DNA from: a virus
IMG/VR virus record: IMGVR_UViG_3300017917_001914
Location: 1-64,000 of that record
Direction: 5' to 3' (one strand)
DNA: 64,000 nucleotides
Made by a program: the position numbers and the translations under genes. Below are positions 39,653 to 49,440 of this stretch, one piece after another. Within the stretch, counting starts at the first letter, position 1. The number at the start of each line of letters is the position of its first letter. The notes beneath the pieces were generated by a model. It saw only the letters and a program-made list of their open reading frames with translations, did no database searches and was not told the origin of the DNA.

Positions 39653-40474
39653 ATGTTAAAGAATAAAATTTTAAGAGAAGGTATTGATGAGGTGGGAGCA
39701 CCTGATGAAAAATACTACGCATTTGATTGGGATGATAATATTGTTACTATGCCAACCAAAATTATTTTAAAAGATGATGGAGGACGTGAAGTAGGTATGT
39801 CAACTGAAGATTTTGCGGACTATAGAACTGAGATTGGGAAAGAACCTTTCGAGTATGAAGGACATACTATAGTAGGTTTTGCAGATGAACCATTCAGATA
39901 TTTTAGAGATAAAGGAGACAAACAATTTATTGTTGATGCTATGTTAGCAAAACCAGGGCCGGCTTGGCCTGATTTTGTTGAGGCGATAAACAATGGGTCT
40001 ATTTTTTCGATAGTGACTGCAAGAGGTCATAACCCTAATGTCCTTAAACAAGGAGTTTATAATTATATTGTTTCAAATACCAATGGTATTGATTCAAATG
40101 AATTAGTTAAAAATTTAGAAAAATATAGAGATTTGGCGGATGAGGAAGAAATATCTAAATCTGAAATGATTAAAGAATATCTTGATATGTGTCGTTTTTA
40201 TCCGGTGTCTTTTGGTGAGGGTTCTGCGACTAACCCTGAAGAAGGTAAGATTAATGCTTTAAAAGAATTTGTTAGTTATGTTAAAGATGTTTCAAAAAAA
40301 ATTCAAAAGAAGGCTTTCTTAAAAAATAAGATAAGTAATTATTTTGTACCAAAAATAGGTTTTTCTGATGACGATTTAAGAAATGTGGACGTAGTTAAAA
40401 AACATTTTGAGCAAGACCCAGAAAATATTATTAAAACTTATTCAACAGCAGGAGGAATAAAAAAAGAATATTAA
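39653..40474 (+). CDS. HAD-superfamily phosphatase-like protein
   Basis: AFDWDDNI (motif I), IVTARGH (II), K (III), GFSDDD (IV). Confidence 0.7.
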   Translation: MLKNKILREGIDEVGAPDEKYYAFDWDDNIVTMPTKIILKDDGGREVGMSTEDFADYRTEIGKEPFEYEGHTIVGFADEPFRYFRDKGDKQFIVDAMLAKPGPAWPDFVEAINNGSIFSIVTARGHNPNVLKQGVYNYIVSNTNGIDSNELVKNLEKYRDLADEEEISKSEMIKEYLDMCRFYPVSFGEGSATNPEEGKINALKEFVSYVKDVSKKIQKKAFLKNKISNYFVPKIGFSDDDLRNVDVVKKHFEQDPENIIKTYSTAGGIKKEY

Positions 40475-40643
40475 ATACTTATAATAAAATAGAATAAACT
40501 AGTAATAAAAAAACTAGTATTAAATAAACTAGACTGGATTATAATGATAATAAATTAAAATCTAAAAGTCAATAAAAAATATTTTTTAAATAGAGATATT
40601 TATTAAATAAAGATAATAAAAATAAAATTAAAAACAATTTGAA

Positions 40644-41132
40644 ATGGCTGATTTATTAATGAAAATGCCCATACCTTACGAACCTAAAAGACAAAATAGG
40701 TTTATTTTACGTTTTCCTTCAACATTAGGGATTAATGAATGGTTCGTAGAATCGGCTGCAAGACCAAAAATAACAATTAATCCGGTAGCAATTCCTTTCT
40801 TAAATACTGAAACTTATGTTGCAGGACGTTTTACGTGGGGAACTATTAGTGTTAAATTCCGTGACCCAATTGGGCCTTCGGCGTCTCAAGCTCTTATGGA
40901 GTGGGTACGTTTATGTGCTGAATCAGTTACAGGTCGTATGGGGTACGCTGCGGGTTATAAAAAAAATATTGACCTTGAGATGTTAGACCCAACAGGTGTT
41001 GTTGTGGAAAAATGGATATTAGAGGGAACTTTCTTATCTGATGTTAACTTTGATTCTTTGGGGTATAGTACAGATGCGTTAGCAACAATTTCTGCAACAC
41101 TTCGTATGGATAGATGTATATTAGTTTACTAA
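40644..41132 (+). CDS. Tail tube protein (gp19-like)
   Basis: YEPKRQNRF, YVAGRFTWGTISVKFRDPI, YKKNIDLEMLDPTG..VEKWILEG. Confidence 0.9.
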   Translation: MADLLMKMPIPYEPKRQNRFILRFPSTLGINEWFVESAARPKITINPVAIPFLNTETYVAGRFTWGTISVKFRDPIGPSASQALMEWVRLCAESVTGRMGYAAGYKKNIDLEMLDPTGVVVEKWILEGTFLSDVNFDSLGYSTDALATISATLRMDRCILVY

Positions 41133-41156
41133 AATTATAATTTATATTTAAAATTA

Positions 41157-41189
41157 AAAGTCCACATATCAAAAATATGTGGATTTTTT
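41157..41189 (+). terminator. Intrinsic terminator after the tube gene
   Basis: tccacatat-caaaa-atatgtgga followed by a T run. Confidence 0.75.
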
Positions 41190-41246
41190 ATTAACTATTT
41201 ATAAAAAACCATTTAAGATTATATTTTATAATAAAAACAAATTAAT

Positions 41247-42002
41247 ATGGATGAGAGTTTAATTAACGCAGGAACGGAAAATTTCACATTACCACATGAT
41301 GTGGTATCATTACCAAGTGGTGGGATTTTTTATAAATCTAAAAAAAAGTCGGTTAAAGTTGGTTATTTAACGGCATCTGATGAAAATTATTTAATTGGTG
41401 CAATATCAGGTAAAGAAAATGTTGTTTTAACATTATTAAGAAATAAATTATATGAACATGATTTACGTCCTGAAGAATTGTTAGATGGTGATGTTGAAGC
41501 TATTTTAATCTTTTTGAGAAATACTTCTTTTGGCCCGGAATATATAATTAATTTAGTTGACCCACAAACTAATAAAACATTTAGTCATACTGTTATATTG
41601 GATGAATTAAATATTAAAAAATCTCAAAATCAACCAGATGAAAATGGTTTTTTCACTACAATGTTACCTAAAACAGGTGTTACTGTTAAATTAAGACCAA
41701 CAACTTTTTATGATACTGTTGAATTAGATAAGATGGTTGAACAATATCCGGTTGGAAGACAGGCACCAAGAATTACTTGGAAATTACAAAAACAAATTGT
41801 AGAAATTGATGGTGATAATGATAAAGGTAAAATAGCTATGTTTGTAGATACGTTACCAATTATGGATTCTAAATATATAAGAACATTTTTAAGAGAAAAT
41901 GAACCATCGTTAGACCTTAAAAGAACTGCAATCGCCCCATCAGGAGAAATGGTATCTTTCGAGATAACCTTTGGGGTGGAGTTTTTTCGGCCTTTCTTTT
42001 GA
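41247..42002 (+). CDS. Baseplate hub assembly / tail assembly chaperone (gp26-like)
   Basis: VSLPSGGIFY, LTASDENYL, LLDGDVEAILIFLRNTSFG, ends EFFRPFF; lies between tube and tape measure. Confidence 0.75.
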   Translation: MDESLINAGTENFTLPHDVVSLPSGGIFYKSKKKSVKVGYLTASDENYLIGAISGKENVVLTLLRNKLYEHDLRPEELLDGDVEAILIFLRNTSFGPEYIINLVDPQTNKTFSHTVILDELNIKKSQNQPDENGFFTTMLPKTGVTVKLRPTTFYDTVELDKMVEQYPVGRQAPRITWKLQKQIVEIDGDNDKGKIAMFVDTLPIMDSKYIRTFLRENEPSLDLKRTAIAPSGEMVSFEITFGVEFFRPFF

Positions 42003-42144
42003 TTACCGACAACTTCTAATTGAGGAATATTATTTGATGGCTAGATTTTTAAGAACATCATATAATGACTTCAACGGGATGCCTACATATGTTAGAAAAT
42101 TTTTAATAAACAGAATAATAGACGATAATACACCAAAGACGTAA
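41968..42144 (+). CDS. gp51/gpT-like small ORF, probably reached by frameshift from the upstream chaperone
   Basis: +1 frame open 41968-42144: ...FFGLSFDYRQLLIEEYYLMARFLRTSYNDFNGMPTYVRKFLINRIIDDNTPKT; overlaps slippery GAGTTTTTTC. Confidence 0.65.
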   Translation, partial: PLGWSFFGLSFDYRQLLIEEYYLMARFLRTSYNDFNGMPTYVRKFLINRIIDDNTPKT

Positions 42145-42189
42145 ATTAAAATATGTCTTTGGTGTATTTATTTATAAAACAAATTTAAT

Positions 42190-44070
42190 ATGCAAGACGC
42201 GGGAAGTAATTTAGATTCTAGTGCCAATAAAGGTAAGGACATTCTTAATGAGTTAGGTAAAGCATTAAAAAGTAATTTTAGTGTTGAGGCCATTGGTATG
42301 GTTGTTGCAGAACTTGATACTGGTGCTAGTCTACTATTAAAACAATTTGGTGTTGGTCAAGAAATGGCTCAAACATTAAGAGCAACCATGGCGGATGCTG
42401 TTAGTAATGTTAGAGCTTTAGGTGGTGATATATCGGACGTTATTAAAACTCAAGAGGCTGCATCAAAAGCGTTAAGTAGAAATGTTATTTTATCTGCCGA
42501 AGTTACTAAAGACCTTTATGCAACATTTAAAGTAACCGGAATAGAAGCTGGTAGAGTTGTTACGGCTATGAAAGATGTTGGTATTGGTTCAGGAAAGGCG
42601 GCTGAAGAGATGAAAAAAGTTGTTGATATTGCGGTACAATCAGGTGTAAATGCTCAGGCGGTATCTGAAAAAGTTGTCGCAAATATGGATGCACTTAATA
42701 AATATAATTTTGAAGGTGGTGTATCAGGATTGGCTAAAATGGCGGCACAAGCGACAATGTTAAGAATTGATATGGGTCAAACTTTAGCTTTTGCTGAAAA
42801 AGTATTTGACCCTGAAGGTGCTATTGAAATGGCCGCGGCGATGCAAAGATTAGGGGTATCTCAAAGTAGTTTACTTGACCCATTAAAAATGATGGATTTA
42901 GCTCAAAATGACCCTGCTGAGTTACAAAATCAATTGGCTGAAATGGGTAAACAATTTGTTCAGTTAAATGAAAAAGGCGATTTTGAAATTATGCCGGGGG
43001 CAAAACGTCAATTAAGAGAAATATCCAAAGCTATGGGTATTCCTTATGAACAATTAACAAAAATGGCGTTAGGTAGTGCTGAGTTGGAAGATAAAATGAG
43101 TAAAATTCGTTTTCCTGATTTAGATATAGATGAGGACAAACAGAAGATGATAGCCAATATGGCTGAAATGGGTAAAGGTGGTAAGTATGAAGTACAAGTT
43201 AAAGATGAGGAAACAGGTCAAACAATAACAAAGGCTATTGATGAATTAACTAAAAAAGATGTTGAAAATCTTGAGAAAATGGCTAACACTGCTCCAAAAA
43301 CTATGGAGGAATTGGCTAAAGACCAATTAAGTGCTTTAGAATCTATTGCTGCGGATATTAAATCAATGGCTGATAAAACAGGATTGGCTGCTGCAAGAAC
43401 TAAAGCGATGGGAACTACTTTAAGTTATGGTAGAGATTTATCAAAAAGTGTTGCAAAAACTCTTTCACCAAAACAATTAGAAACTAAAACTCTTGCTGCA
43501 ACTATTGACGCAGGAATTGATAAAAATTTAAACGTTCTTCAAAGATTAACTGATGGTGAAATAACAGCATCTCAAGCAAGAAAAGAAGTTGGTGAAAATT
43601 TAACAAAATTGAATTCATTACTAAAGGCTGCGTATAATGAAGGTCTTGATAGTGCTAAAGAGGAACAAAAAAAATTAAATGAAAAATATCCTGTTCCTGA
43701 GCAACTTATGAGACTTGCAACAGGTGATTTACGTGGGGTTAAAAGTAGTGAAAAACCTCGAACTAATATTACTAGAGAAATTGGAAATGTTAGAAATACA
43801 TCTTCAATACCGACAAATAATACTCAACCTCAATCAAGTAACGTATCTACTGAAAAACCAATTGAAATTACGTTGAATCATAATATTGATTTAAAAACAA
43901 ATGGTAATATTGATACTAATCAAGTTGTTATGGCTCTTAAGAATACAGATGTTCAACAAGGTATGGTTAGTGCCTTAAAAGAAGCTATGTATAATAATGG
44001 ATTATTAGCACCAACTTCAAATAAAACACAACTAATGAATCCTAACTTATCTCAAAATTTAGTTGGATAA
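42190..44070 (+). CDS. Tape measure protein
   Basis: Ala/Met/Lys-rich helical composition; canonical position after tube and chaperone. Confidence 0.75.
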   Translation: MQDAGSNLDSSANKGKDILNELGKALKSNFSVEAIGMVVAELDTGASLLLKQFGVGQEMAQTLRATMADAVSNVRALGGDISDVIKTQEAASKALSRNVILSAEVTKDLYATFKVTGIEAGRVVTAMKDVGIGSGKAAEEMKKVVDIAVQSGVNAQAVSEKVVANMDALNKYNFEGGVSGLAKMAAQATMLRIDMGQTLAFAEKVFDPEGAIEMAAAMQRLGVSQSSLLDPLKMMDLAQNDPAELQNQLAEMGKQFVQLNEKGDFEIMPGAKRQLREISKAMGIPYEQLTKMALGSAELEDKMSKIRFPDLDIDEDKQKMIANMAEMGKGGKYEVQVKDEETGQTITKAIDELTKKDVENLEKMANTAPKTMEELAKDQLSALESIAADIKSMADKTGLAAARTKAMGTTLSYGRDLSKSVAKTLSPKQLETKTLAATIDAGIDKNLNVLQRLTDGEITASQARKEVGENLTKLNSLLKAAYNEGLDSAKEEQKKLNEKYPVPEQLMRLATGDLRGVKSSEKPRTNITREIGNVRNTSSIPTNNTQPQSSNVSTEKPIEITLNHNIDLKTNGNIDTNQVVMALKNTDVQQGMVSALKEAMYNNGLLAPTSNKTQLMNPNLSQNLVG

Positions 44071-44107
44071 AATAAAGTACAATCTATTTATAGATAAATA
44101 ATAATAT

Positions 44108-47100
44108 ATGTCAGACAGTCCATTATCATTTGCATCCACGGCATCCTTTAGAAATTCTCTAATGGCGAAAAACTTGGCCCCATATAGTGTCCAAGGGGTT
44201 TATACACCACCAGCAAATCAAGTTAATTACGAAACTGTTTTAGGTGTTAGTAATGTTATTGATTCACCTGGTGAATTAATTACAGGTGACCCGTATGCAA
44301 ATTTATTATATCCATTAAATGAATATGGGCCAAATGGAGGTTATAATTTACAAATAAATTATAACGGGCCTCCATTACCTGTTAATTCTAATCAAGGAGA
44401 ATACAACCCTAATGATACTGTGTTAGATTTAGTTAATGAGTTTTTTATTGACGCTGCGTACATTCAAAACAGATATGGGCCTGCCGGTAGTTTTAACGAT
44501 ATGGTTATTATTACTGATGTTGAGAATAACAATAAGATTTATCAACCTTATTGGGAGCCACCAAGTTTTGCACCCTCTTCATATTCACCATATAATATTT
44601 TATTATCACCAAATCCTATTGGTAGTAATGGTTTATTATCTCAAGATTCATTTATCGCGAGATTTGGGGCATCAGAATTAAACTCTTTATTGAAAAAAAG
44701 AATTGACGCTGAATTATTCCAAAACACATTAGGTCAAATCAACTTACAATCTCTACAAGACCCTTTTGAGATTAGTATGATGTTGTCAGGACAACAACCT
44801 TTAGTTTATAAAAATTGGAAGATTACAGTGCCTGAAAACCCTGTTGTTGCGGCTGCCGACTTCTTAACAAGATTAGCGGGGGCTTATTGGCCTGTTTCCT
44901 TAATACCGGGGGATTACTTTAATGATAATAACGAAAATAGTCAAACACAACAAACATCAAACGCCTTAAATACTGTAAATCAATTAACAGGTGGTTTATT
45001 AGGCCCAATATTAAATTTTAATAGAAGTGGTTCTCAAATATTTTTGGCTAACACCGGTAACGGACAAAGGTCTGTTTTATTTGCAAATATAAATTACAAT
45101 AGATATCAACCATCTTATGATAAAGATTATGGTTTATTATTTGGTGTTGCACAAGGACTTGTTAATTTATTAGTTCCAAATATTAATCCGGGTAATGGTA
45201 CACTAGTTGGTGGTTATTATGTTGGTAATAGAACATCAGAACCTTCTTACATTACATCACCCCCAAATCAAATACCGGTTAACGCCTTTGGTCAACAAGA
45301 CCCTTCACCTGTTTATGGCCCATCTGAGATGGGTATTTTATATGAAGGTAATGAATCAACACTTAGTAATTTTGGTTTAGGAGGTAAGTCCTATAGTGAT
45401 GGTGGTGGTATTGACGGAGGATTTGTTTGGGTATCTCCAAAATATAAAGCCAATGCAGGATTCCGAGCAATACCGGGAGGTGGTTCGGGAACAATGGATG
45501 AAGATTATCAATTGGTTAGTGGAAACATTACAAGAGATGAATCTACAAATATTGAATTTAAAGAAACATCAATATTAGACCAAACTCAAAGATTAATTGA
45601 TTCGGCGGATGGTGTTACAGGTATTGCCCGATTAAAACATGTGGGTAATGCGATGAACCAAATTAGTAAAGTATTCAATGATGGATATAAAGAAATTACT
45701 AAAGGTTCTCAAGTGTTGTCGTATACAGATAATACAACCGGTGGTGCTGCGGGAATTGAATATTGTAGAGTTTTTACAAAAGACAATCCTTATTACACAT
45801 ATAATGATTTACAAAAAACAGATGGTATAACAACTTCAGGAAGAAGGTTTACTCACTCTGTGTTAGATAATACATATAACTTAAACATAGTACCATTAAG
45901 AAATCCGGGGTCAACAAACATTATTGCTAATAATGTTAATGGAACGGGGGGTTATGCTAAAAAATATATGTTTTCTATTGAAAATTTAGCATGGAGAACT
46001 TCAAGTAGACCTGGGTTTACTTACGATGAATTACCTGTTTGTGAAAAAGGGCCAAATGGTGGTAGAGTTATGTGGTTTCCACCTTATGATTTAAAATTTT
46101 CAGATAGTAGTACTGCAAATTGGAATGATACTTCATTTTTAGGTAGACCTGAACCAATTTATACATATAAAAACACTAGTAGAAGTGGACAATTAAGTTG
46201 GAAGATTATTGTGGATAGTCCTTCGGTTATGAATACTGTTGTTGAAAAACAATTAAAAGGTCAAAATAAAGAAAGAATTAATTCAATTATTGACTCATTC
46301 TTTGCTGGATGTGTTAAATATGACATCTATGATTTAGCATTAAAATTTAATACAATTCCAACTAAGGATTTATATACGTATCAAGAGATTTTAAGTAATC
46401 CAAGATTAACGGATGAAGAGTTAAAGAATGTTAGTGCAAATATTCCAAGAGAAAATTCTGTACCTCAAGGTGGTGCGGGTAGTCCGGCTGATTCTTCAGT
46501 ACAAACGGCAAATCCTGACACATCTATTGATGATTTTAAAAAGAATTATTCACAATTAGCGTTTTATTTTGATAATGATATTCCTGACCCAAAATCAAAT
46601 GGAACAGTTTCTTCTGTACCATATGATGTAACATATGCAGCTTATACAAGTGCCGAAAATAAAAAAACATATGTTGATACTGCAAGTGGAATTTTTAATG
46701 AGGGTAGTATTAATAGAAATGTTGGTGAATTTTTCACAAATATTGTAGAATCTAATTATAAAAAAATTGCTCTTAATGATAATAATTTCATAAAAGATGC
46801 TTATAATATTCTAAAAGAGAAAAAAGGAACTATAAGTATTCAAATGGTTGGTTCGGCATCTGCGACAGCAAGTGTTAAATATAATGAAAATTTGTCTAAA
46901 CGAAGAAATGATTCGGTTATTGACTTTTTAAGAGCGTATCCTGTTGGTGGTGAAACATTGGCACAATTTTTTGATAATAAAACATTACAAGTAACATTAC
47001 AAACAGGTGCTGGTGAACAAATTGTTATTCCTCAAGGAGAATCAGGTACAGGTACACAAGTTAATTGTACTCAAGATGTAAAAGATAAGAATGGTCAAGT

Positions 47101-49111
47101 TACTAAATTTTCTCAAGTATATTCTACTGATGCTATGGCGTGTAGAAGAGTTAAGATTAATAATATTCTTGTAACACCAACGGTAACTACAACAACGACT
47201 ACTTTAAAAGTTGAAATAACTACACCTGAAGTTAGTGCAACAACAATCAATACTATAAAACCTGTTCAAACTGTTGAAATACAACAAAAATTAAAAGAAG
47301 GTATTGGTAAAAGAATTTTAAGACAATTATTAAGTGAATGTGATTATTTTGAAGTTATTAAAGAAAATAATCCTATACTATATGGGTCAATTGCGGATAA
47401 GATTAAATTTTTTAATCCTGCATTTCATTCCATGACACCTGAAGGGTTAAATTCAAGATTAACATTTTTAAATCAATGTGTTAGACCTGGTGAAACAATA
47501 CCGGTTATTGGTACGGACGGTAAACCAAAATACAATGATGCTGTAAATACTTCTTTTGGTGCACCACCGGTTTTAATATTAAGAATTGGTGATTTCTACA
47601 ATGGTAAAATAATACCAAAAACAATTTCATTTTCATATGAACCATTAGTGTTAGATATGAATCCTGAAGGTATAGGTGTTCAACCAATGATTGCAAATGT
47701 TAATTTAAGTTTTGATATGATTGGTGGTATGGGATTAGCTAAACCTGTAGAACAATTACAGAATGCGTTATCATTCAACTACTACGCAAATACTGAAATT
47801 TATGATGAAAGAGCAACATGGACTGAAGACACTTCAGCTTTAGATGCTAAATTAATTCAATCAATATTAGATGCTCAACCACCGGTTACGGTTAACAATG
47901 TTCAAAATGGTGTTGTTAATGATGGTGGAAATACCATTGGGGAAATATTAACTAATATTCCGGTAACTAATGGTCAAACAGGTGAAATAACCTATATGAG
48001 TATAATGGATAAAATATTAGACGCAACTAAAGAATATTATACTAATGTTTTAAATCAAAGTGATAGTATAGTTAAATCGTACAATTATGGTGTGTGGCAA
48101 TTAATTACTCAAGATAGATTATATACTTCGGGAGAAATAAGTTTAAATTCTAGTAGTATATTGGCACCAATTTACGGAAAACCGGAAGGTGTTGAAACTA
48201 AAGTGGATTCATTGTTTAGTACGTTTATTTCAGATATTAATGCTGATAATCCAACAAATAAAAATTATATCATATCACGATTAGTTGGTTTTAAATTTAC
48301 TGATGCGACAATTCAAAGAGTTAAAACTAATATGAATCAATATATTAATACATTAAAAAGTGATTACAGTAGTGGTTTATTTACTAAAATTCAAGAAATA
48401 GTTGTGTTAGAACAAAGTATGGTTCAAATAATTAGAAAAATTAATTTAGTTACAACTAAAACTGATGGTAAGATTTTAGATACGGGAGTTCCAAGAGTTT
48501 ATACAATTTCAGGTACAACTGAAGTTAATAGTGCTAGTCTTGGGTCTCCATTAGATACATATCAAGAGTTATGTGATGATTATCGTTTAGTTGGTCTTAG
48601 ATTAGATGAATTTAATGTATTGATGGAGTCTGAAAAAATAATAACAACTATTACAGTTCCATATGAAGGGCCGGGTGAATTTGAACCAATATCGAAAGAG
48701 TTTGCAACAGCATCAGTTGAAGACAAACGTCAATTTATGGTTATGGCACAAATTTTTAATGATAAAAATAAATTAACGGAATTTAAAAATGCAATTATTA
48801 GTGGTGAGTTAAAGAATGATAATAAATTAGTTAGAAAATTTAATAACATTTGTGATGATTTTGCGGATTTAACTAAAAAAGAATTAATTGCTGAACAAAA
48901 ATTTATTAAAACAATTAGGGATAAAGAATCGTATTCAAAATTTGTAAATCAAACCGCTTATCCTAAAGGTAAGTTAAGAAAATTTACATATACTACTGTT
49001 CCTGACCCTGCAACTGAAACACAACAAAAAACAGATATTGCGAATTTATATAAAACAGTTAATGTGAATAATGATAAATTAACATTTGACGGTAAAATAA
49101 AATTTGATTAA
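44108..49111 (+). CDS. Large baseplate protein with tube-initiator-like domain and OmpA-like peptidoglycan-binding insert
   Basis: WFPPYDLKFSD...WNDTSFLGRPEPIYTY..TSRS and FGAPPVLILRIGDFY...QPMIANVNLSF; FYFDND...GSAS...YNENLSKRR...CRRVKI. Confidence 0.7.
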   Translation: MSDSPLSFASTASFRNSLMAKNLAPYSVQGVYTPPANQVNYETVLGVSNVIDSPGELITGDPYANLLYPLNEYGPNGGYNLQINYNGPPLPVNSNQGEYNPNDTVLDLVNEFFIDAAYIQNRYGPAGSFNDMVIITDVENNNKIYQPYWEPPSFAPSSYSPYNILLSPNPIGSNGLLSQDSFIARFGASELNSLLKKRIDAELFQNTLGQINLQSLQDPFEISMMLSGQQPLVYKNWKITVPENPVVAAADFLTRLAGAYWPVSLIPGDYFNDNNENSQTQQTSNALNTVNQLTGGLLGPILNFNRSGSQIFLANTGNGQRSVLFANINYNRYQPSYDKDYGLLFGVAQGLVNLLVPNINPGNGTLVGGYYVGNRTSEPSYITSPPNQIPVNAFGQQDPSPVYGPSEMGILYEGNESTLSNFGLGGKSYSDGGGIDGGFVWVSPKYKANAGFRAIPGGGSGTMDEDYQLVSGNITRDESTNIEFKETSILDQTQRLIDSADGVTGIARLKHVGNAMNQISKVFNDGYKEITKGSQVLSYTDNTTGGAAGIEYCRVFTKDNPYYTYNDLQKTDGITTSGRRFTHSVLDNTYNLNIVPLRNPGSTNIIANNVNGTGGYAKKYMFSIENLAWRTSSRPGFTYDELPVCEKGPNGGRVMWFPPYDLKFSDSSTANWNDTSFLGRPEPIYTYKNTSRSGQLSWKIIVDSPSVMNTVVEKQLKGQNKERINSIIDSFFAGCVKYDIYDLALKFNTIPTKDLYTYQEILSNPRLTDEELKNVSANIPRENSVPQGGAGSPADSSVQTANPDTSIDDFKKNYSQLAFYFDNDIPDPKSNGTVSSVPYDVTYAAYTSAENKKTYVDTASGIFNEGSINRNVGEFFTNIVESNYKKIALNDNNFIKDAYNILKEKKGTISIQMVGSASATASVKYNENLSKRRNDSVIDFLRAYPVGGETLAQFFDNKTLQVTLQTGAGEQIVIPQGESGTGTQVNCTQDVKDKNGQVTKFSQVYSTDAMACRRVKINNILVTPTVTTTTTTLKVEITTPEVSATTINTIKPVQTVEIQQKLKEGIGKRILRQLLSECDYFEVIKENNPILYGSIADKIKFFNPAFHSMTPEGLNSRLTFLNQCVRPGETIPVIGTDGKPKYNDAVNTSFGAPPVLILRIGDFYNGKIIPKTISFSYEPLVLDMNPEGIGVQPMIANVNLSFDMIGGMGLAKPVEQLQNALSFNYYANTEIYDERATWTEDTSALDAKLIQSILDAQPPVTVNNVQNGVVNDGGNTIGEILTNIPVTNGQTGEITYMSIMDKILDATKEYYTNVLNQSDSIVKSYNYGVWQLITQDRLYTSGEISLNSSSILAPIYGKPEGVETKVDSLFSTFISDINADNPTNKNYIISRLVGFKFTDATIQRVKTNMNQYINTLKSDYSSGLFTKIQEIVVLEQSMVQIIRKINLVTTKTDGKILDTGVPRVYTISGTTEVNSASLGSPLDTYQELCDDYRLVGLRLDEFNVLMESEKIITTITVPYEGPGEFEPISKEFATASVEDKRQFMVMAQIFNDKNKLTEFKNAIISGELKNDNKLVRKFNNICDDFADLTKKELIAEQKFIKTIRDKESYSKFVNQTAYPKGKLRKFTYTTVPDPATETQQKTDIANLYKTVNVNNDKLTFDGKIKFD

Positions 49112-49113
49112 TT

Positions 49114-49440
49114 ATGGGTACTAGAGATTATTATAATAGATACAATAATTTTATTGTTAATGGACAACAAACTGTTGTTCCATATATTACTCTGCCAAGT
49201 AAAACCACCGATAAAAAATATATTTACAAAGTTGCTCAATCTAGATTAGATAAAGTTTCACAACAATTTTATGGTAGTCCTTATTTTGGTTGGTTAATTT
49301 TACAGGCAAACCCATTATACGCTGGTCAAGAGTGGAATATCCCTGATGGGGCTATCTTGACAATCCCTTATCCTTTAATAGCATCTTTACAGGATTACAA
49401 CAATGACTTAGAAAATTACTTCTTTTATTATGGTAGATAA
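49114..49440 (+). CDS. LysM-like baseplate wedge protein (gp53 / P2 gpX-like)
   Basis: RLDKVSQQFYGSPYFGWLILQANP...IPDGAILTIP. Confidence 0.8.
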   Translation: MGTRDYYNRYNNFIVNGQQTVVPYITLPSKTTDKKYIYKVAQSRLDKVSQQFYGSPYFGWLILQANPLYAGQEWNIPDGAILTIPYPLIASLQDYNNDLENYFFYYGR

